A stretch of DNA of 64,000 nt from Eledone cirrhosa (lineage: Eukaryota): positions 170,004,001 through 170,068,000 of the forward strand of contig OZ024743.1 of NCBI GenBank assembly GCA_964016885.1. Reading direction: 5' to 3'. The notes beneath the pieces were generated by a model. That model did no database searches and was not told the DNA's origin. It saw nothing but the letters and a program-made list of their open reading frames with translations. Position 1 is the stretch's first letter; every line of letters starts with the position of its first letter. Positions 57,284-64,000 of the stretch are shown here, piece by piece. Both the position numbers and the translations under genes were made by a program.

Positions 57284-57287
<4 letters not shown>
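55085..57287 (-). mobile_element. Degenerate Naiad-like Penelope element
   Basis: ORF 56693-57287: GIYREDG, NFLDVSLNL, YPYHK, SNHP, IIWYNAPFS; downstream CNC..CPL and CNFC..E remnants. Confidence 0.85.
55126..55192 (-). ncRNA. Type I hammerhead in the Naiad 3' end
   Basis: Reverse complement TTTTAT-CTGATGA-stem II-GAAA-TGCGCA-TA-ATAAAA. Confidence 0.88.
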
Positions 57288-57323
<36 letters not shown>

Positions 57324-57500
57324 CGGCGATGAATTAGTTTAGCGAGGTTTTTCATATGAAATCGTGTGTCGAAACAGATATTGTTATACTTGGGGAGGGT
57401 CATATTTGCGTAATATTGCCAGAATTAATAACAGAAGACACTCACTGTTTGGTTGGTTTTCGCTTCTCGCTGTCTTTTGAATCTGCGATCTAACTTACTC

Positions 57501-57564
<64 letters not shown>

Positions 57565-57599
57565 TGTGAGAAAAACCACAGACCCTCCATCTTAACTCA

Positions 57600-57637
57600 C
57601 CTTTTGAAAAGCAGAAGAACTGCGAAACCGGTAAAGG
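57600..57637 (+). ncRNA. Minimal hammerhead with U3-A8 variant core
   Basis: CCTT-TTGAAAA-GCAG-aagaa-CTGC-GAAAC-CG-GTA-AAGG; perfect stems I and II. Confidence 0.85.
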
Positions 57638-57768
57638 AACCAAATAAATATATATATTTTTTTTAAAAATAAGACTTCAGTTGCATTTTCGATTTCATCT
57701 CTTTTTCTTTATACTTTCACTCGTGTAGGACACCTCGGTTATTTTTCATTTTGTAAAAGGAACCTCAC

Positions 57769-57871
<103 letters not shown>

Positions 57872-57999
57872 AAGTTTTCTTTAAATTGTTGGGTTAACAA
57901 CGAGTAAATATTTATAACTGATATAAAAGCACTCAACAAGTATTTGGAGTATATTTACGATATTAAATAAATGGAAACTATATTTATAAAACCATATCT

Positions 58000-58063
58000 A
58001 TTTCATTATATATATTTCAGGGATATCATATTAAAAATATGCTATGCCTTCCTCAGACAAAAT
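58000..58063 (-). ncRNA. Type I hammerhead in the Naiad 3' end
   Basis: Reverse complement ATTTTGT-CTGAGGA-AGG..CATATTtttAATATG..CCT-GAAA-TATATA-TA-ATGAAAT. Confidence 0.8.
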
Positions 58064-59468
58064 ACAATATAAACAGTCTTATAAATAGATAGATTCGACA
58101 TACCTTTCAACATCGACTTCAATTTGAAAAGTTTGAATTGGTAGTGGAAAAAATATTAGGGACAGTTATAAAAAGAAAGAAAGAAAAAAAGAAAAAACGG
58201 AGAAAAAGAAGAAATGCATGCAACTAAATAGAGAGAGATAGATATAGAGAGATAGATAGAGAGAAGAAATTCATGTAAAGAAACAGAGAGAGATATATAG
58301 AGAGAGGAAAAAACACAGAGGGAGATAGATAGAGAGAGAGAGAGAGAAGAGAGGAGAGAGAGAGAGAGAGAGAGAGACTATAGAGAGATAGATATAGATA
58401 GAGATAGAGAGAAAGAAAATAGGTAGTTGTGCACCAGTTGAATGACGTATCAATGATATATTTATTTATTTAGCTCTAGTATCAATGTAGAGAGAGATAT
58501 ATGTGGTTAAGAGAGAAAACAGCCGTTACATAGAGAGAAAAGAAAAAGAAAAATATCCAGACAAAAACGAGGCAGATTTAAAACACTATGTATCATCAAT
58601 GTAAAAAATATCAATTCGTATAAAACAGGCATTATAATGTAAATATCAGTATTCATGAATGAGACACGTATCAATAAAGTGTGAAAAATAATGATCATAT
58701 GTCTAGTTTAAAATTCATAGGTTTATATTAGGTTATCCCAGATTTTATACTATATACTATATACTATATACATCCATGTGAATTTACGTGACCATCTCTG
58801 CAAATTCCTATTTCACACGAGAACATTTTCATTGTGCTATAAAAATTCTAGTATACATATATGTGTACATACACACAAATATATATAGAGTCTACATTAA
58901 TTTTAATTTTAACAATACTATTCATGTCTTTACTCTACATGATTATCGTTCAAGCATAAATAGAGAACAGATATCAATATATCAATAAAAATATCAGAAA
59001 CAAAAAGTAAATAAAAAACAAAAATAAAAAAAAAATAAAAAAATAATAAATAGAAATCAAAAAATATTAAAAATAAAAATAAAAATATTAAAAATATTAA
59101 AAATATTAAAATAAAAATGAAACATAGTATGCCCCGCAAATCAACCACAGAGATCAACCCTTCAAAGTTAATTGACAATATATTGCCAAGTTCGTTATAA
59201 GCATCAGAATCAAAAGCAAACAAAACCAAAATTATTTACCAAATCCTGTCTAGCAGAAAACATTCCAAAAGTTTAGGATACCCATTTGATCTACAGATGG
59301 TCTTATATTTAATATAGAAGTTTATCTAGTGTAAAATTTATTCGATATATTTGGAGCATCAGCTTTTAGGGTAGTTTAATTATTCATGAAGAATGTTTAA
59401 AAAAATAAAAAGGAATCGAAAGATTTATCGGCGAGTTTCATAAATAATTATAAATCAAATTAAATATA

Positions 59469-61023
59469 CTACATTTTAAATTTATATTTATATTTAAAAG
59501 TTGAGTTCAATCTATGTCTGCAGCAACTGAATAAATTTGTCCGTAAATTAAGGGAATTTTTAGATTTTAGTATAAAGAATATCTCCTCCGCGCAGAGGTC
59601 ACATGTCTCAGAGGATGAATTAAAAGGAATCCCTCTTGAGACTATATTCCAAGCCGTTGAATATCCAACGTTATCATGCCTAAGTTGCCAGAGTAGGCCT
59701 GATAGTGATGTTGAGGATTTTTTGCTTGGATCTGTGAAAGAATTCTTGTGGTTATTATAGCGAAGTTTAAATTCTGTTGAGGTGGAACCAACATAGTTAA
59801 AAGAATTTAAGTCCGTTTTAACATTACAGTTGTATATTATATTTTTAACTAAGCAATTGTTATTTAACGGACATTTAGATCTATCTCTACAGTTACATTT
59901 GTTAACTTGGATATTATTTATGCTATTATCGGTATTTTGGCTAGGTTTTAAATTCCTATTATTTATTCTATTAATATTTTGTGCTAAATTTTTGGTGGAT
60001 GAGTAGGTTAATTTTATAGTATGTCTATTGAAAATTGAGTGATACCTATGTGTTCTAGGGAAGCGATTATCAAGAGCATTAAAAAATAGTTTAGCGATGT
60101 GGGTTTTAATGTTTAGTGAGAAGGGGGGGGGCAAACCATATTATATTCCTAGTTCTATTTCTTTTTTGGCTTTTGGAATTATTGTAATGCTTTTTATTAT
60201 AGTTGTTAAAGTTGTTGCCGTAATTAAAATTGTTGTTATTTTGGTTAGTTTGTCTATTATTATCTATGTACATAATTTTATCACTATATCCTGCTCTAGC
60301 TAACGCTTCATTGTAATACTGGGCTTTTTCGTCGAAAATCTTTTTATTAGATGAGATTCTAGAGATACGATTTTGAACAGAGTTTACTATAGTATTTTTA
60401 ACAGATCTGGGGTGGTTAGAGTTAAAGCTGACATAGTTTAAGTTTTCATTCAACTTGTGAAATGGATAGTGAAGACATGTGTTGAGGTTTAATGTTACAT
60501 CTAGGAAATTGACTATTCTATGGTTATTCTCAATTTCTATTTTTAGATTAAAGTAATTAAAAAATTGTGTAATTTGTTTTCTTTTTCTATTTAGTTCAGA
60601 GTTATTATTTTCAATAAGTAAAAGCATGTCATCTCTATATAAATCTCCGGTAGCACCGGGTATTTTCCTATGCAGCGAATTGATTAAAAATAGGCCCACA
60701 AGGTCAGTTACCTGAGCTGAGTCGGATGATCCCATAGTAATGTCGAAATTGTTATCTCTATCTGCTCTGGTCCATAGTTGGTCATTAAATTCTATCAATG
60801 TTTTCCTAGCCGATAATATAATGTGCATTTCATTGCTAGTTAGGTCTGTATGTTTGAATGCGTAATTTAGTGCCTTATTTAGTAGATTAGGGGTAATAGA
60901 TGAATAATAGTTAGCGATATCTAGTTGAATAAACTTATTATTATTGTTATATTTAATTTCTTTAAACCACTCAACAACCTCTCCAGTTCCCTTCCACAAG
61001 CTCAAGTTAGGTACACAATTCAA
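59469..61023 (-). pseudogene. Naiad-like RT + GIY-YIG, one frameshift in a G run near 60125
   Basis: LDIANYYSSI, FDITMGSSDSAQVTDLVG, LYRDD, NFLD; CNCR..CPL..CL, NIIY..YVGST, CDLC, CRH. Confidence 0.88.
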
Positions 61024-61099
61024 GTTTTTTTGAAAAAAACTTGAATTGTGTACCTAATAATATAATATACCTAATAATATAAATACATATACCGAAATA

Positions 61100-63985
61100 T
61101 ACCGTATTTCTTTCGGACAGGAAGGAGAGAACTCATGGTGGGGTTGCTCTGTATATCCGTGAAGATGTCACACCAATTGTACTGTTGACACATTCAAACT
61201 CAGTCTGTGACACACTGATAATACATATGAAGCAACTATAGACGGTAATATGTGTCACATATCGGCCACCCGATGCCCCCAGTCATGAGGGTAAATTTGA
61301 GGATAGCCTAAGTAGGATAGAAGAGGTCCTTGACAAACTGGACCAGGGTCTCAACATCCTACTGCTGGGAGACTTCAACCTACCAAAGGTCAAATGGCCT
61401 GAGGGCCACCTCCTCCCTGGAATGACGTCAATAGAACAGAGACAGACGGAATCCCTGCTGGCCCTCACACACAGGCTGTTCATGGAGCAAGCAATACTCC
61501 TCCCAACAAGAGGCGAAAATGTCCTGGACCTCTGTTTTACAAACAACGAAGTGCTCATCCACAATGTAAAGGTGACACCAACAATTCTCTCGGATCATAA
61601 CTTGGTAGAGCTAATGATATGTGGTCCAAGAGAACCAACAGAGACAAAACCACCAAGAAGCTCCGGGACGCTATCCAGCCTTAACTTCTACGGGGCTGAC
61701 TGGAAGAAGATTAAGAGTGAAATCCGGAAGCAAACATGGAGTGCAAACATCGCCACACAAGACACTAACACACAATTTCAACACTTCATGACAACGATAC
61801 ACACCATATGGAAAAAGTGTGTCCCGGAGAAAGAGGCAAACAGACACAAAAATCTTATTCCCAGAGATAGGAAAATCCTTATGAGACGTAGAACTAAACT
61901 CTCAAACCAGTTGAATAGTCAACAAAACCAAAACAAGAAGGAATCCTATTTGAAACGTGCACTACTTGACACCGAGATTGCACTCAAGCTTTCACATGAG
62001 AATGAGAGGGCAAGGAAAGAGAACAGGGCCATAGAAAACATTAAAACAAACCCTATGGCCTTCTTTAAATTTGCAAAAGAAACTGCCTCAGTACACTGCA
62101 AGATTGGACCACTCTTCCACACGGACGGTTCATTAACCGAAAATCCCCAAGAGATATGTGAAATACTGAACGAACAGTACAAAAGTGTCTTCACATGTCC
62201 ACTGAGGCACATGCAAATAACGAAGCCAGAGGAGTTCTTTGATGCCACAACACTACATCAAGAAATGGCAACCATCAACCACATAGACATAACGGAGGAG
62301 GATGTGGTGTACGCCATTGATGAAATTAGAACAGACTCGGCTGCTGGACCTGATGGATTCCCAGCAGTTCTCCTAAAAATATGTAAGCGGGCCTTAGCAA
62401 CTCCACTGAAGATGCTCTTCAGAAGCTCCTTGGCTAGCGGTGTACTACCCAGGGAGCTGAAAGAAGGCACAATATGCCCTGTCCATAAAGGAGGTAGTAG
62501 AGCGGAGGCCAAGAACTATAGGCCAGTCTCCCTGACGTCGCATGTCAGTAAGGTCATGGAGCGAGTCGTCAGAAAGAAACTAATCACTTTCCTCGAAGAA
62601 AATGACCGCCTGACTAGCACGCAACATGGCTTCCGCCCAGGAAGAAGCTGCCTTACACAGCTGCTACATCACTACGACTGGGTACTGAGACAACTACTAG
62701 ACAGCTCACATGTAGACGTGATATATCTTGACTTTGCGAAGGCCTTTGACAAGGTCGACCACGGAATGATATGTCACAAACTACACGGACTCGGCATAAC
62801 TGGAAAAGTAGGTGAGTGGCTGCATGGCTTCCTAAGGGACAGAAGCCAGGCAGTCGCAGCAAATGGGGCCCTCTCGAGGGAAACACCGATAACAAGTGGG
62901 GTGCCTCAGGGGACAGTCCTGGGACCACTACTGTTTTTGGTGGCTCTCTCGGACGTGCCCTCTGTGGTACATGCAACAATATCCCTCACTAGCTATGCTG
63001 ATGACACTAAGGTAGCACAGGCAATCAAAAACCCGGCTGACGCTGCCCTCTTACAGCAGGATCTGGATGCCATATACAGATGGGCGGAAGAAAACAACAT
63101 GCAGTTTAATGCTGGCAAATTCCAAGCCCTACAATACAAACCTGCAAACACAAACACAAATATAGCGGAACACAGCTACACAGGACCAGGAGGGACCGAT
63201 ATCCCCGTGTCAAAATCGATACGAGACCTGGGCATAGACATGAGCGATGATGCATCTTTTTCTTCACACATCATGAAGGTGGCGACAGCATGTAGACGAT
63301 TCGCTGGCTGGATCTTGAGGACTTTCTTTACAAGAGATCGAGACACCATGTTGACACTGTGGAGGACTTTTGTCCTAAGCCGCCTGGACTACTGCTCCCA
63401 GCTGTGGTCACCCCATAGTGTCAAACTAACCACAGAGCTTGAGGCAATCCAGCGAAGCTACACCAAGAAGATTGCCAAGATGAGGGAGACAAGCTACTGG
63501 GAGAGGCTAAAGGAACTGAACCTCTACTCCTTGGAGCGAAGACGGGAGAGATACGCAGTGATCTACATGTGGAAAATCCTGGAGGGACTAGCACCAAACT
63601 TTGGCATTGGGAGCTGGACCAACCGTCGAACAGGACGTCACTGTGTGGTGCCAAAGGTCCCGTCTTCCACATCTAGAATAAGGAGCAGGTATTGCAATAG
63701 CCTGGGATTCAAGGGCCCTCAACTCTTCAACAGGCTGCCGAGGCATCTGCGAGACTTGCATGACGTGGAGGTGGATGTCTTTAAGAAACATCTCGACACC
63801 TTGTTATCCAGGATCCCGGATGAGCCCACAGCAAGACACGAGGGAAACCTAAGGGCAGCAGCAACAAACTCCCTCCTACACCAGTGGCCAACCTATACAG
63901 GCTGGAGATAAAATGTGTAGCAACAAGGGCGGTGCCCCAGCATGGCCCCAGCCGGATGGCTGAAACAGGTAAAAGAGTAAAAGAG
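61100..63985 (+). mobile_element. CR1/L2-group LINE, 5'-truncated within APE
   Basis: GGVALYI, YRPP, GDFN upstream with an in-frame stop near 61238; 3' hairpin and (GTAAAAGA)n tail abutting TA. Confidence 0.9.
61422..63911 (+). CDS. LINE ORF2 (APE C-terminal part + reverse transcriptase)
   Basis: LDLCFTN, SDH, NYRPVSLTS, YLDFAKAFD, GVPQGTVLGP, YADD, IRDLG, LDYCSQLWSP; 829 aa open. Confidence 0.9.
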   Translation: MTSIEQRQTESLLALTHRLFMEQAILLPTRGENVLDLCFTNNEVLIHNVKVTPTILSDHNLVELMICGPREPTETKPPRSSGTLSSLNFYGADWKKIKSEIRKQTWSANIATQDTNTQFQHFMTTIHTIWKKCVPEKEANRHKNLIPRDRKILMRRRTKLSNQLNSQQNQNKKESYLKRALLDTEIALKLSHENERARKENRAIENIKTNPMAFFKFAKETASVHCKIGPLFHTDGSLTENPQEICEILNEQYKSVFTCPLRHMQITKPEEFFDATTLHQEMATINHIDITEEDVVYAIDEIRTDSAAGPDGFPAVLLKICKRALATPLKMLFRSSLASGVLPRELKEGTICPVHKGGSRAEAKNYRPVSLTSHVSKVMERVVRKKLITFLEENDRLTSTQHGFRPGRSCLTQLLHHYDWVLRQLLDSSHVDVIYLDFAKAFDKVDHGMICHKLHGLGITGKVGEWLHGFLRDRSQAVAANGALSRETPITSGVPQGTVLGPLLFLVALSDVPSVVHATISLTSYADDTKVAQAIKNPADAALLQQDLDAIYRWAEENNMQFNAGKFQALQYKPANTNTNIAEHSYTGPGGTDIPVSKSIRDLGIDMSDDASFSSHIMKVATACRRFAGWILRTFFTRDRDTMLTLWRTFVLSRLDYCSQLWSPHSVKLTTELEAIQRSYTKKIAKMRETSYWERLKELNLYSLERRRERYAVIYMWKILEGLAPNFGIGSWTNRRTGRHCVVPKVPSSTSRIRSRYCNSLGFKGPQLFNRLPRHLRDLHDVEVDVFKKHLDTLLSRIPDEPTARHEGNLRAAATNSLLHQWPTYTGWR

Positions 63986-64000
63986 TATATATATAATATA

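Overview
AT-rich eukaryotic window made almost entirely of mobile elements and microsatellite. An invertebrate source, probably a cephalopod such as Octopus, is inferred from the repeat families and is not proven. No host gene could be supported. Long (TA)n arrays separate many retroelement insertions: one apparently intact RTE-clade LINE (APE + RT with an inserted PHD finger, preceded by about 3.5 tandem ~494-bp monomers) and several decayed copies; CR1/L2-group LINEs; Penelope-like elements (PLEs) of two types (Neptune-like and Naiad-like RT + GIY-YIG); a non-coding LTR element with a long tRNA-Trp primer site; two non-autonomous Helitrons; and tRNA-derived SINEs. The strongest hidden signal is about 20 type I hammerhead ribozyme (HHR) motifs that I folded by eye. 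They lie in PLE 3' ends and in short non-coding modules between TA arrays. They include U3-A8 compensatory and C4 core variants, and one retrozyme-like unit has two HHR-bearing direct repeats predicting a 615-nt self-excised RNA. Nearly all short Y/I-rich ORFs are microsatellite artefacts. Coordinates were read manually and may be off by a few bases.
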